Below are positions 33,139 through 46,800 of a stretch of DNA of 64,000 nt, in pieces. A program made the translations under genes and the position numbers. The notes beneath the pieces are model-generated. The model was not told the origin of the DNA. It saw only the letters and a program-made list of their open reading frames with translations, and searched no databases. Each line of letters opens with the position of its first letter. Positions within the stretch are counted from its first letter, which is position 1. The DNA is from Okamejei kenojei (lineage: Eukaryota), in contig CM069141.1 in the NCBI GenBank assembly GCA_035221665.1, positions 46,934,001-46,998,000 of the forward strand, given 5' to 3'.

Positions 33139-36100
33139 TGAAGAGGTTCGCGTGTTGTACACTCATTTAATATTTAAACACACAGTTTAATATTAGTATA
33201 AAAGCGATGGCTGCCATGTGGGATCTAGCTCTGTCGTCTGCAGCACCCCATCACCTGACCACCCAGATTGGTCGGCCCGGATCACGCCAGTTCACGCGGG
33301 AACTCTAGCTCGACAAACAAAGGTTCGAGACCAAAGTGGCGCAAAATCACAAGATGATGCCACATGACCCCCTCAGACCGGGAGGTGGAGGTCGTTGCGG
33401 CTGGTTGAGTTGAGGGCGGGTGTGATCATGATGGTGGACACCCTCTACGACGGGGTTGTGCCACCTGCTTAGACGGTCCACGGAGACAGTCTCCTGTCTG
33501 CCACTCATCACTATGATGAAAGCCATGACGTCGTTTTGCAGTACTCTGCAACGTCCCTCGTAATGCTTTTGCAGTGGTGTAAGGTGGAAATTTCAGCGAA
33601 GACGTACTGGCAGTCCTGGAGGTCGGGTGCGACGTACGTGGTTGGGAGACTGTGTCGGGATGTTGGCACTGGAGACAGCATGCCCACCTCCTCACATAGG
33701 TGCGTCAGCATGGTCATTTGCGTTTATTGATGTCCACGTGCCGCCGGGAGGAAATCCCCTGGGACTGTAAGTTGCCAGGTCCTCCTTTGGGGCAGTGCAT
33801 ATATCTAGCATGACCCACGGCAATTTGTCCATCCAGTCGTGAGGCATGCCTTCATATGCCGGTGAAAATGTTCGACTAGGCCATTTGCTTGCGGGTGGCA
33901 GACCGTTGTGTGATGCAGCTTAATGCCAAGCAGCCGGACCATTGCTGAACACAACTCGGAGGTGCACTGCGCACCTTTATCGGGGATGTCCGCCGTCACG
34001 CCAAAGGGGTGATCCATTGGGCGGTGAGGGCACGTGCACCGCTTACATTGTAGGTATCCAAGAGTGGGACATCTTGTGAATCTGCCCACGATGGTGAAGA
34101 GGCTGGTTGCACCTCTGGATTGGGGCAGTAGTCCAATAATATCGACATAGATGTGCTCAAAACGCCAGTATGTCAGGGCGACGTTCTGCAGCGGTGCCTT
34201 GATGTGTTGCTGAATATTGGAGGTATGACTGGGGATGCAGGTTTAACTCAGGACCAGTTCCCGACCTGTTTGCGCAACCCATGCAACATGGACGTGGCTT
34301 CCATCAATGCCTTTGTTGTCCGGATGGAAGAGTGAGCTAGGCCATGAACTGTAGACAATAGACAATAGACAATAAGTGCAGGAGTAGGCCATTTGGTTCT
34401 TCGAGCCAGCACCGCCTTTCAATGTGATCATGGCTGATCATCCCCAATCAGTACCCTGTTCCTGCCTTCTCCCCATATCCCATGACTCCGCTGTTTTTAC
34501 GAACCCTCACTAGCTCTCTCTTGAAAGCATCCACAGAACCTGCCTCCACCGCCCTCCGAGGCAGAGAATTCCACAGACTCACCACTCTCTGTGAGAAAAA
34601 GTGTTTCTCGTCTCTGTTCTAAATTGCTTACTCCTTATTCTTAAACTGTGCCCCCTGGTTCTGGACTCCCACAACATCGGGAAGATGTTTCCTGCCTCTA
34701 GTGTGTCCAAGCCCTTAACAATCTTATAGGTTTCAATAAGATCTCCTCTCATCCTTCTAAACTCCAGAGTATACAAGCCCAGCTGCTCCATTCTCTCAGC
34801 ATATGATAGTCCCGCCATCCCGAGAATTAATCTTGTAAACCCACGCTGCACTTCCTCAAATTAGCGGCCCAAAACTGCACACAATACTCCAGGTGTGGTC
34901 TCACTGGGGCTCTGTACAACTGCAGAAGGACCTATTTGCTCCTATATTCGATTCCTCTTGTTATAAAGGCCAACATGCCTATCTTCACTCCCTGCTGTAC
35001 CACTGCATGCTTAATTTCATAGACTGATGTACAAGGACCCCCAGATCCCATTGTACGATCCCCCTTTCCCAACTTGACGCCATTTAGATAGTAATCTGCC
35101 TTCCTGTTTTTGCTACCAAAGTGGATAACCTCACATTCATCCGCATTAAACTTCATTTGCCATGTTGAAAACCGGGCGGCGCCAGGCAGCGGGGATGATG
35201 GGTCTTGGCTGTCCCGTGGACACGTTGCAGAGGAGTGGGTGTGAGCTGGCCCGAATCGCACATCCTCCAATGACAGACCTGAGATGGCGTTGATGTAGGA
35301 GAGCGTCGCTTCATCCTCTCGCTGGTCGACAACTGGGGCCAAAGCGCGAATGGCATTGATGGCGGTGCAGGACAACGCATCTGTGAACTGGTTGCTCTTG
35401 CCTGCGATGGGTTGGATGCAAGTCGTGTATTCTGAGATGTGGGTCAGATGGCACTGCTGTCGTGCTGGTTAAGGATCAGACATTTTGGCAAAGGCAAAGT
35501 GAGTACCTTGTGATTAGTGAAAGCTGTGATATCCTTGCCCTTGATGAAGTAGCAGAAATGCCGGGTAGACAGGGAGAGAGCGAGGAGTTCCCGGCCGAAA
35601 GCGCTTATTTCTGCTCGGGGTTTCTCAGGTGACGATTGAAAAAGGTGAGGGGCTGCCAGCTACCATTGATCAGTTCATCCAGCACTCCGCCCACGGCTGT
35701 GCCAGATGTATAGACCGAGAGTGCTGTTGGTGCATTGACCCGTGGATGTACCAGCATCGTTGCCTTTACCAGCGCCTCCTTGGCGTTGTTGAACGCGGTC
35801 GTGGTAGCATCCTCCCAAACGAACTCTTTTGGCTTGTTCGCCAGGGCCTTAAATATCGGTTGCATTAGCCTGGCGGCTGCTGGCACAAAGCAGTGGTGGA
35901 AGTTGACCATGTTGACAAATTCTCGGAGTCCCTTCACAGTAGAGGGTTTGGCAAACTTGCGAATGGCTTCGACCTTGGTCAGGAGCGCCTCCGCTCGGTA
36001 CTGGTTGATGTGGTGGCCGAGGTAGTTGATAGAAGTGAGGCCAAACTGATACTTGGCAAGGTTGATGGCCAGACCATGCTCGTTGAGCCTCTCGCTCAGC

Positions 36101-37990
36101 TGCCAGTGGTGTGTATGTTTTTCCTGGATAGTGCGTCTGGCGACAAGGATGTCGTCGAGATTGATGAACACGGAGTCCAATCTGTGGCCCACCGGGTCCA
36201 TGAGCCGTTGGAAAGCTTGGGCGGCATTCATGAGGCTGAAAGGCATGTGCAGGAACTCAAAGAGCCCGAAACGGGTGATGAGGACCATCTTGCGGATGTC
36301 GTCTGGGTGGACCGGAATCTGATAGTAACTGCGTATCAGTTGGATCTTGTAAAACACCTTGGCACTGTACAGGTTTGCCGTGGTCCTGAATCTGAGGGGC
36401 AGGATACCGATCGGCTGTTGTGATCTCCAGCCTCCAGACGCTTTGGGGACCATGTGAAGCGGGTATGCCCACGGGCTGTCTGAGTGGCGCACTATGCCCA
36501 TTACCTCCGTCTTGCAGAACTCATTTTATGGCCAGTTGGAGCTTGTCAGGGGCAGCCTGCGTGTGCGTGCATGGAGTGGCGGTCCGGTGGTGGGGATATG
36601 GTGCTTCACCCGATGCTTCACCCCATGCTTGGGGCTGGCCGTTGTGAACTGGGGAGTTATGATGTCAGGGAAATCGTCCAATATTCTGGCGTACTAGTTG
36701 TCAGAGAAGGTCACTGAGCCACCGAGACGTCTCAGAATTAAAGCGACATTGTCCTTCACGTCGACCAGCAGGGTGTGCACCCAGAGGAATTCGCTGCCCA
36801 GCAGCGGTTGTGAGACCAGCGATGGTAAAGGTGCACTTGAAGCGTCAAGAGCGGGATGGTGCTGAACCCGTTTATTCTGATGTTGCTGCTGTTGGCGGCA
36901 GTCAGGGTAGGCCCCTTGTTTCCGGAACAAGAACCTCCGCTCCCGTGTCAATGAGAAAACGCTGCCCCGAATGAAGTTCCCAGGTGTAGAGGAGGCAATC
37001 TTTTTGGCCGGCTGCAGTTGCTTTTACCAACGGCCGGTTGAGGCGTTTCACAGAAGCGTGCAGGGTGGTCGGCATCAGCGGGCCTCCAAGCCCCACCTTT
37101 GGTGGTAGTAGCACCTCTTGTCCTAGCTGGCGCCATTCGTGGAGGCTGGGTCCGCCCATATGACCTGCCGAGGCACAGCCGCCACCCGATTGATGGTGGC
37201 TCCACCCTGCTGTTTGGCCTGTCACAGCACGTCAGCGCGGGCTGCCAGCCATCGGGGGTCAGTGAAATCGTCATTCGCGAGGAGCAGGCGGGTGTCCCCA
37301 GGCATCTGTTTTGAGGAAAACCTGTTCAAAATGGAGGCAGGTCTTGTGTCCATGCATTAGGGCGAGCATTTCGTTCATGTGCACGGACGGTTTGCGGTCG
37401 CGTAGGCCACCGATGTGCAGGAGTTTTGCCGCCCTGTCGCAGCGGCTGATATCGAATGCGTCCTTGAGGAGCATCTTGGTCCCTTCGTACTTGTTGTCGG
37501 CTGGTGGATGGTGAAGGTAATCGCTGAGGCGCCCGGCGATTTCCTGGTCCAGCGCACCTAACGTGGTGACGTCGGCAGTTAGCAGGCGGATGTGGAATTG
37601 GCTATCGGCCGGTTCAAACCACACCTGGGGCTGTGATCTCCAGAAGGAGGGCAGTTTGAATGCAACTGCGTTCTGCAGATCTGGGGTTTCTCCTCCAGGC
37701 ATGATGAAATCCAAATTAGGTCGTTTTTGATCGTTGGTGGTCACCACTGAATCACTCATTTAATATCTAAACATACAGTTTAATATTGGTACAAAAGCGA
37801 TGGCTGCCAAGTGAAGTCTAGCTCTGTCGTTTGCAGCAAAGATCCCATAGTTTGCAGCACCCGTCACCTGACCTGACCACCCAGATCGGCGTTGATTGGT
37901 CGGCCCAGATCACGCCAGTTCACGAGAGATCACGAGCTCGGCAAACGAAGGTTCGAGTCCAAAGTGGCTAAGCCACATGGTGGCGCCACA
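33139..37990 (-). mobile_element. Ty3/Gypsy LTR retrotransposon, CsRn1-like, decayed
   Basis: LTRs 33139-33364 and 37748-37990 (TG...CA), 4-bp TSD caag/cagg. PBS TGGTGACC.. (tRNA-Trp-like) on the - strand next to 37748; PPT-like ctgaggggg next to 33364. Gag KLPSFW..QPQVWF with a C-X2-H-X9-C-X3-C motif (37060-37113), protease LIDTGAEV, RT PFSLMNAAQAFQR/INLDDIL, RNase H and integrase HPQANGLVEHFHR. Confidence 0.9.
34353..35163 (-). mobile_element. CR1-clade (HER1-like) LINE 3' fragment nested in the Gypsy pol
   Basis: WQMKFNADECEVIHFGSKN...LYTLEFRRMRGDLIETYKIVKGLD; (agacaat)3 tail at ~34353-34373. Confidence 0.9.
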
Positions 37991-40203
37991 CAGGGGGCAT
38001 TTGTTGGAAATATCGCACAAATATTTGCGCCCGAATGCATGGTAATTGTCAGCTCGCAAATTGCGAATGAGCATCGATAATGTCGGACGGTACCTGCGAG
38101 TTAATTTGGAGAATGGAATATTGGCAGAAAATTACGCAATCGTTATATTTTCTTGCTACCCTAATCTGCGACTGTAATACACCCAACATCTGTAAAGAAA
38201 GGGTATATATCCGATATAATATGTCGCATCACAGAAATAATAATGTCATCTACTTATTCACTGTTGCATTCTGACTGATTCATCGGGACGTGTCAGGTAG
38301 TTAAGTGTACTATACCTTTCGAAACAATACTGGAAAACCCTTTGGACGTGCAACGGGGAAAATAGAGATTCTTGATGTGAATGACAATTCCCTCTCTTTC
38401 CCGCACGACAGCATTGCCTTATCGGAAGCGAGTGCACCGGTGGTTTCTGTCTCGAGAGCGCGGAAGACCATGACATTGGAATAAATACCGTGTCCGCCCG
38501 CACAATCAGTTCAAGTGAATTACTTTAGTCTGAAAACACAGAAAACCGAAGACGGTTATTGTGTTTGCCGAATTGCTGTTGGATAATTCTTTGGACCGAG
38601 AGCTGCAATCATCACTTCAACTCAGAGAGCAACCACAGCTCACATTCGCATTTTGCATTGGACTTCAATGATAAACAACCTGTGTTCAATGACGATATTT
38701 ACAGGGGAGCGTAAGCAGGAAATCCACCAAAGTTACCTCAGTAATGAAGTCAAAGAAATTGATTTGGACGAAGGACCTTGCGAAAAGTTCGTAACTTGTT
38801 CGTGTTAGACCGAGAAAGTGGGGAGCTTCGAATTAGTGGGCTATTGGTAATAAAGTGCTGATAAAAAAAATAATTGACGTAAAAGACAATGCATCCGAAA
38901 TAAAGCTTTCAATGAAATCCCGGAAATGCTCCTCCATGAACTTTGGTGACGCTGATCAATGTTATGGATCGTGATTCTGGAGTGAACGGCCAAGTCCGCT
39001 GCAAATTACCCAATAACTTACCATTTGAACTACAAACAGATCATTACACATTAATTATCAGTGAAATGTTTGACCATGAAGCGATCTCTAAGCATGAAAC
39101 ACCTATTTCAGCCTGGGACCTGGGGTCACCTTCACTGTCCGCAAATATCACCATTCAGATTACAATTTCCGATGTTAATGACACATCCAATCAACCAACA
39201 ACATATATGTCTCGGAGAATAACGCTCCATGTGCGCCCATTTTCACAGTAACTGCAACGGATCCGGATCTGGACCAGTATTCGTATGTTTCTTACACTTT
39301 TCAGGAGAATCAAGTCAAAAATTTGCCAGTTTCCAATCACCATTAGCTCAATGAACAGTACAATTTACGCACTGCGCTTGTTCGACTATGGGAATCTCAA
39401 AACTTCCAGATCCATGTACAAGCCCGTGACGCCGCGGTGCCCCAGCTGAGCAGCAGCAGTGGAGATCGTTCCTTAGTCAGGGGTCAAGGGTACGTGGTCA
39501 CCAAATTAACTGATAAAAAATGCAGATTCAGGTCAAAACTCTCGGCTCTTTTATCAGAGGGTAAAATCTACCGATCCTAGTTTGTACAACGTTGGGCAAC
39601 ATTCTGGAGAAGCCAGAACAGCGTGAAATCTCCTGCACAAATACTGCTGTACAGACTTTGGTCATCTTGGATAAAAGACATGGGCAGCCGAGCCTTTCCA
39701 ATTTCATGGTTTCAATGAACATTCGAGTTTTGCAGAATAATGCTGAAGGAATTATGGAAAGAGGCAACATAGTGACGCATCCGGGACATTTCTCTGATCG
39801 AAACGTTTATTTAATTGTCATTTTCAGTTGCTCTTCCATTGTCTTTCTTCTGCTCATCATTCTGTTGATTGGCATCAAGTGTAAACAGGACAGAGATGTT
39901 ATCCAAGAGTATAATTCATCCAGTTATTATTACAATCGCGGAGAATTACACGGCGCTTTTAATGGAAAACCTGCCATGGACGAAACTTTACGCTACTCCG
40001 GAACGTGTGGGTAGTTCGTGTGCCAGACCTGAATCAATAGTCGGTTTGTCTGTCTCCAGAGTCAGCGAAAAGCGATTTTCTCTTCTTGAGGCCAGGCGGC
40101 GCTCCCACCCCTCGTGCTCAATGATGTATATATTACTGAATGTCCATTTTGGAAGCAGACATTTATTCTGGCTAGAAAATGTGAATCAGTGCGAGTAAAA
40201 TTA

Positions 40204-43200
40204 AATGAATGAATACGTTTATTGGTCAAATATTCACATACAATGGAATTTGCCTTGGTGCTCCGCCCGCAAGTGACAACGACATACAGTGACAGTTAGG
40301 AATGACACATAAAACATTAAACATTAATAATAAAATATTATTGATTAAAACATGTGAATTTAAATAAACTACCAGAGAAAAAACGAAGCTACAGATTTTT
40401 GGTTATTGAGTGGAGCTAACTACCCGTGGAAAAAAATCTGTTTTTATGTCTGCCTGTGGCAGCTTTGACTGTTCCGGAGTCGCCTTCCCAAAGAGTTTGT
40501 GGCCAGGGTGAGAAGGGTCAGAGATGATCTTATCCGCTCGCTTCCTGGCCCTTGCCAGTGTACAGTTTCACTAATGGGAGGGAAGTTGCAGCCATTAACC
40601 TTCTCATCTGATCAGACGATTCGCTGCAGCCTCGGATGTCGTACTTGGTGACTGTAGATGGCTTGTGTGTATACCTTTAATTGCCAGCATGATGTCCATG
40701 CTAAACCACTCCCCCAGCAGTCAGTATAATTGTAACCCGCACGCCCCTAGCTTCCCTCTCTAGTGCTCGTGACGGACCACGTTTACAGCCAGGGCTATGT
40801 ATGCAGTGTGTTTAATAAAAGTACTTAAAGACTTAAAGACATCGTAGTACGATCTTCATGGTGTCAGAAGTGGTAGTTCCTATGTCTCCGGTGTTTCGCT
40901 TTTTTATTTCGTTAGTCCCCAGTACCCCCCCCCCCCCCCCCCCCTGCTTCCCGATGGCTTCTGCCTGCCGTAAGCCTGACGTCCCTGGTCTTTGATGCGG
41001 ACATCACTCATCGCTGGAGTGTGTTCCGACGGGACTTTGAGCATTTACGTTGCCATTGCCCACCCTGCTGTGGCCCCCGCTGTCAAGGCTTCCCTGCTGC
41101 TTAAACTTGGCTGGCTCGGAGGCGCTCGGGCGTTCGGAGTCGTTCGTCTATGGACATGGGTGAGAGTGCTGCTGACCCCGACTGCTTAAATTGCTAAATT
41201 TACGACAATGTGCGACCTTCCCACTAATCACATTCTGGAGCGTTTTAAGTTGTTCTCCAGACGACAGAACCCCGGGGAGTCTATTGACAATTTTATGGCC
41301 GCGTTGCGCCAGTTGGCTCGCCGATGTAAACCTACGTGACCTGACCCCCGATGCCTTGACCCGTGACATTTTGGTCTTTGGTTTGCGGGACGAAAAGCTG
41401 CGCTCCGAGCTATTGCGTAAGCCTGATCTGACACTACATGAGGCGCTACATGCCTCTCGTTTAGCCGAGGCTGTCTCCTCAGCTATACCTGACCCAGTGG
41501 TCCACACAGCCCGGTCAAGCTGGTCCCCAGTACAGTGCTCCTCGGCGGACAGAGGGCAACACCGCTGCTGGGCTCCAGACCGCCTCAAACGATGTCCCAA
41601 TTGTAACTTTGTCTCTCACCGTTATAATGTGTGCCCTGCGTTGGGGAAAACCTGTAACTTTTGCAACAAGCTCGGACACTTTTCAGCGGCATGCCGTTCC
41701 CGTGGGAACAGTGCCAAAGCCACAGCAGAAGCCGTCCTCGTTTATCTGACTTGTGATGATTCAGTGTCTGGTTCGTATCTACAGCACGATGATCTTCCCC
41801 CGTCTGACCCTGAATCTTTGCAGAGCGAGCTGGAGGTGTTTTCCTTGCGAGGTGCAGCTGGGACTGATAACGGACGGCCCGACTGTCCAAATCACGGTGA
41901 ATGGCACGGCCTTCTCTGCTAAGGTTGGACACTGGTGCAGCTGCCAACGTTATGTCAACACGTCTGTTTAACAAGATAAAGAAATAATGAGCATGTTTCC
42001 ACAGACAGTGCTGTTCTCCGTGCCTTATGGGGGCGGCGTGCTTGTTCCTGTGGGGAAGGTCACTCTCCACTGCACGGTGCAGTCGGCCACTCGGGCCCCT
42101 CTCTTTCTTCCTCTGGACAGTAAATGTGTTCCCCTGCTAGGCGTGAAGGCCTGCCAGGGACCTCGGGTTGGTGCGTTTCCCCCACAGCGATGTCCACCTA
42201 GTTGAGGCATCCCTGGATCCGCTGGCCGAGTTCCCGGACCGGTTTGACTCGAAGCTGGGGAGGTTGCGTGCAGCTACAAGATTGCCATCGATCCAGACGT
42301 TACGCCAGTTGTCCGTCCCCCGCACCGGGGTGTCCTTTGCCATGAGGGGCAAGGTCGAGTCTGCTCTTCGCGAGATGGTGGCCAACGGGCATCCTGGCGC
42401 CCGTTACGGCCTCCACCCAATGGGTTTCGACTATGGTTGTTGCTGCAAAGAAAGGACAAAAAGCGAAATACGGATCTGCATCAACCCCAAAGACTTGGAA
42501 CTTGGCCATCAGGCGCCCGTACTATCCCATGCGGACGGTGGAGGAAGTTGCTGCACAGGTCGGCCCTGCCACCGTGTTCTCGGTTCTTGATGCCAAGAGT
42601 TCGTTCTGGCAGATTCTCTGGACGAAGCGGTCCTCGCACCTGACAAACCTTCAGCACACCTTTCGGCAGGTATCGCTTCCTCCGCATGCCGTTTGGGATC
42701 AACTCTGCCAGTGAGGTGTTCCAGAGGACCATGGAACAACTGTTTGCTGGACTTTCCGTGTGCCATCATTGTCGACGACATCCTGGTTTATGGGAAGGAT
42801 GTCGCTGAGCACGACCGCCACCTTCGTCAGGTGCTGCAGCGGGCCCGGGGAGATCAACCTGAAGCTCAACCCGAAAAAATGCCGATTCGGGTTCCTGAGG
42901 TCACCTACGTGGGTCCATGTTTTCATGGCATCGGGGCTGAAGCCTGACCCGCAGAAGACGGCCGCTATATCCGAGATGCCTGCGCCTGTGGATGTGCCTG
43001 GCCTGCAGCGTTTCTTGGGCATGGTTAACTACCTGGGAAAAGTTCATCCCCGACCTGAGCGAACTGAGTGCCCCTCTGCGGGATCTGGTAAAAAAGGACA
43101 CTGCCTGGGATTGGTTTCCCGCAACACCAGCGCGCGTTTGACCCTAAAGTCCAAGCTGGTCAGCATGCCGACGCTGAAGTACTTCGATCTCCAGCGCCCC

Positions 43201-46200
43201 ATCGTTTCTCACGTGTGATGCCTCAAAGTTTGGCCTCGGGGCCGCCTGCCTGCAGATCCATGACGGGGTTTGCAACTCCTGTATCTTACGCGTCCCGCAC
43301 AATGACGTCCGCTGAGCAAAGCTATGCCCAGATTGAAAAGGAGCTGCTGGCAGTTGTCTTTGCATGCTCCAAATTCAAGGACCTATATCCTGGGCAGCTG
43401 TTTCACTGTCGAGACGGACCACCAGCCGCTGGTCACCATCCTCAACAAGCCAATACACATGGCCTCCTCCCGGCTCCAGCGCATGTTGCTACAGGCTGCA
43501 ACACTTCAGTTTTGCGTGGTTTACCGCAAGGGCAGGGACATGGTTCTTGCGGACCACGCTGGTTCGCGAGCGCCTCTTTCATCCACGACCCAGCATCCGT
43601 ATGAGGCGTCCGATTTGATGGTTTGGGGCGTGAACTTCGTGCCCTCTGGTCAGTTGAAGTCCCTAGCCGAGCACACGGCAGCAGACGCTTCCCTACAGCA
43701 GCTGGCCGCGATCATCCAGCAAGGTTGGCCAGACCGTCGTTCTTCCCTGCGGACGCAGCGGTGCCTTACTTCTTGGTTCGTGATGAAGTTGGTGCTGCGT
43801 GGTGGTGTGATAGTGAAGGGGCACAAGGTGGTGGTGCCCGAAGCATTACGAGAACAATACTTTGAGACGGCTCATCGTGGACATCCCGGGGCCGAGGCGA
43901 CCCTTGCAGTCGCGCAGAGCCAGTTCTTCTGGGCCCGACATGCCTCGCTACTTCCAGGATAGGGTCCTCCGCGTGCCCTACCTGTAACAGCCTCGCTCCT
44001 CAACAACAGCGGGCAGCCGCTCCTGCAGCAGCCAGCTGCTGACCTGCCATGGTCTGCGCTAGCAACTGACATCTTTGAGTGGCACGGGAAAGCACTTCCT
44101 GGTGCTTGTCGACTCGTACTCCAGCTGGTTCGAAGTTGACCAGCTCCACTCGCTCTCTTCCTCTGCGGTCATCGACAAGCTGCGCCGCCACTTTGCCACA
44201 TTCGGGTCTCCCCGCCAGCCTGCAGTCGGACAACGGCAGCCAGTTCACCAGTGCCGAGTTCCGAGAGTTTGCTGACCGTTGGAACTTTAGACACCAGCAG
44301 CCCGAATACCCACAGAGCAATGGACTGGCCGATGCGCGCGGTTCGCAGTGCTAAAGAGTTGTGGAACGTTGCCGCCTATCCCGCACCGACATCTACCTGG
44401 CCCTGCTGAACCTCCGCAACATCTCCCAGCGACCGTGCCCTGGGCTCCCCGGCTCAGCGCCTAATGTCCCGAGTGTGACGAGGCCCACGGTCCCGGTGTC
44501 TCAACAGTTTTCCTGTCCCCCTCCGTCCTGAAAACCTGCGTGGTCCGGGAACGCATTGCTGTTCCAAACACCGTATCCAGAAGGGCGTTTCCCATGACAG
44601 GTCTTGCCGGTGTTCTCTGTCCTCTTCTCCCCGGTCAGGTAGTCCGTATGTGGTACCCCTTCTGGCCGCTCCGGGCTGGCTGTGGTCGTCGGCTCTGCCG
44701 GTTCCCCTCGCTTCCTACCTGGTCAACCGCGACGGCAGGGTGTTCCGCCGGTCTCGCCAGCATCTCCGGCTCGTGAACGAGCCTTTCCCTTCCCCGGCGG
44801 CTCCTTATGCCCCTCCGATGCCTCTGTCGCAGCCCTGTGCTCTGCCAGTTTCCTCTGGGGCCGGCATCCCCCCTCGTCCTCCTCTGGAGCGTTCTTTCTG
44901 CGGCTTCCCCGCCTTTCTCTTCCCCCCTCCCCGCTGCCTTTCATTTTTTTCGCCTAGGGGTTCTCCTGTCCGTAGCCCTCCTGTCCATAGCCCCCACCTT
45001 GATCCGGCGTCCCCGCGGAGTGTTGCTGTCGGGGAAGGAGGTGATGGCGAGGTGCGGACCGGTCCTGGTCGCCTGGTCAGGCCGCCGGTCCGCTACGGCG
45101 ATTATGTGTGATTATGTACAACCTTTAATTTACTGTTTGTACTTGCCCTGGCGTATGAGACGTGGTCGCCCTGTCACTCACTGCTTGTTTTGGTAGAGGA
45201 AGGATGTAGATGCTTGTGATGTATACCTTTAATTGCCAGCATGATGTCCATGCTAACCACTCCCCCAGCAGTCAGTATAATTGTAACCCGCACGCCCTAG
45301 CTCCCTCTCTAGTGCTCGTGACGGACCACGTACAGCCAGGGCTATGTATGCAGTGTGTTTAATTAAAAGTACTTAAGACTTAAAGACATCGTAGTACGAT
45401 CTGCAGTGACTGAGCCAAACCAGAACATGATGGAGAAGGTGAGGACAGATTCTACATTGGCCTATAGAATTGATCATCATTGCCTGTGACAGATTGTGCT
45501 TCCTCAGCTGCCGCAGGACGTACATCCTCTGTTGTGTCTATTTAACTGTGGAAGTCGTTGGTAGCCCCCCATTTAAGGTTCTTGAAGATGATGGTTCCCA
45601 GGAACTTAAAAATACTCCACAGATGTGACTGTGGTGTTGTGACGGTGAGTGGGGTGAGGGGAGGGGGAGCCCTCTTAATGTCTACTATCAATTCCACTAT
45701 CTTAAGAGCATTGAGTTCCAGGTTTTATTATGGCACCAGGACGCCAGCTGTACCCCATCCTTACATTATTTCAACCTGAATTTTTGTCTAGGTTTATGGT
45801 AGACAGATTCCTTTTAAAATTCCCTAGATGTGTAGTTTATGATAACCCATTGTTGTTTGAGATTGTTGTATGTCCTTTGTGTATATTGTAGCCAGCTCCG
45901 TTGAATCGTCCAAGTTCAATGCTCTTGTGTGTCTTCCTTCTTAGAATGCATACAGAGGAGTCAGTGGAGTTGCATGTTAATGTAGAGAGTATAGGTGAGT
46001 GAGAGGTGAGTCGGGAGAGTATGCAGCCTTGCAGTGCTCCTATGCTGGGCCGCCCGTTGCGTGGGTCCGATGAGAGGAGAGAGAGATATTGTGAGATACT
46101 ATTAGGGCCCAAGTTCTTTTTCACATGCTGCTTCACCTGTCCTGTGTCAGGTAATTGAGCTGGTGAACCACCGACAGAGGTGTTCAGAGCTCTACAGTCA

Positions 46201-46800
46201 ACGCGGAGAGTTGGAATGTAGTATAACATCTGGCACAATACTGTTAAATGCAGAGCTAAAATCAACAAACAAAATCCTCGAAATAGTTCACCCTGGCACT
46301 GGAGGTTGACGTGCTGGCCCAGGTTGACTGCGTCATCCAGACAGATCTATTGGCCCGATATGTTGAAACTGCAGAGGGTCCTGCAGGGATTCGAGATATA
46401 TTTTTCAGCTTGGCCAGCACAACCATTTCAGGGGTCTTCATGACTACAGAGGTTCAGTGCGACATCGAACTGTAGTATGTAAGAACACAGTAATTAGTTG
46501 CCTTTTTTGGGTACACAGGGACAGAATAGTGGGAGTGGCTTGGATGTGGCAGCTCCCTCGGGACCTCGTACAAGTTTGCAAAGGGACTGGTTTGATAAAA
46601 ATGTCTGTGTAGGCCGGTGGCAATTGCCTGCAACCGGCACAGAGCATGAGAGTAAATGGTAAATGTTGTCTGTCCTGGAGATTTCCGGATTTACTGTCTT
46701 TCTGAACACTACCTGTTCATCACCCGCCCTCTATTTTTATTATTGATGATGGAGAAGTGATGTTGCGCACAGCAGACGGAGGGGTTGCGGGTAAGTTGGG
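40204..46800 (-). mobile_element. Rex1/Babar-like LINE, decayed, split by the Mag-like element
   Basis: Minus-strand RT motifs GALQGCILS and ..VESVLTFSIM.WFGSVTKYDI continue across the LTR insertion; 3' AATAAA + (ATTC)n tail at ~40204-40225. 5' limit uncertain. Confidence 0.65.
40653..45405 (+). mobile_element. Ty3/Gypsy LTR retrotransposon, Mag-like, full length
   Basis: LTRs 40653-40858 and 45205-45405 (TG...CA), perfect 5-bp TSD GTGAC. PBS TGGTGTCAGAAGTGG (tRNA-Leu-like) at 40859; PPT AGAGGAAGGA at 45195-45204. Gag with two Cys/His knuckles (CPNC..H...C, CNFCNKLGHFSAAC), protease VDTGA, RT VLDAKSSFWQI/IVDDILVYG, RNase H YAQIEKELLA, integrase SDNGSQF..PQSNG. Confidence 0.95.

Larger units (their letters stand above)
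33070..40124 (+). pseudogene. Protocadherin pseudogene, unit 5, interrupted in EC1 by a Gypsy LTR element
   Basis: ...tctattcccgaggaaatg (SIPEEM) ends at ~33138 and resumes at 37991 with ggggcatttgttggaaatatcgca (GAFVGNIA). Many frameshifts and deletions. TM (VYLIVIFSCSSIVFLLLIILLIGIKCK) and KSDFLFL-like tail end at TGA 40122-40124. Confidence 0.9.
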
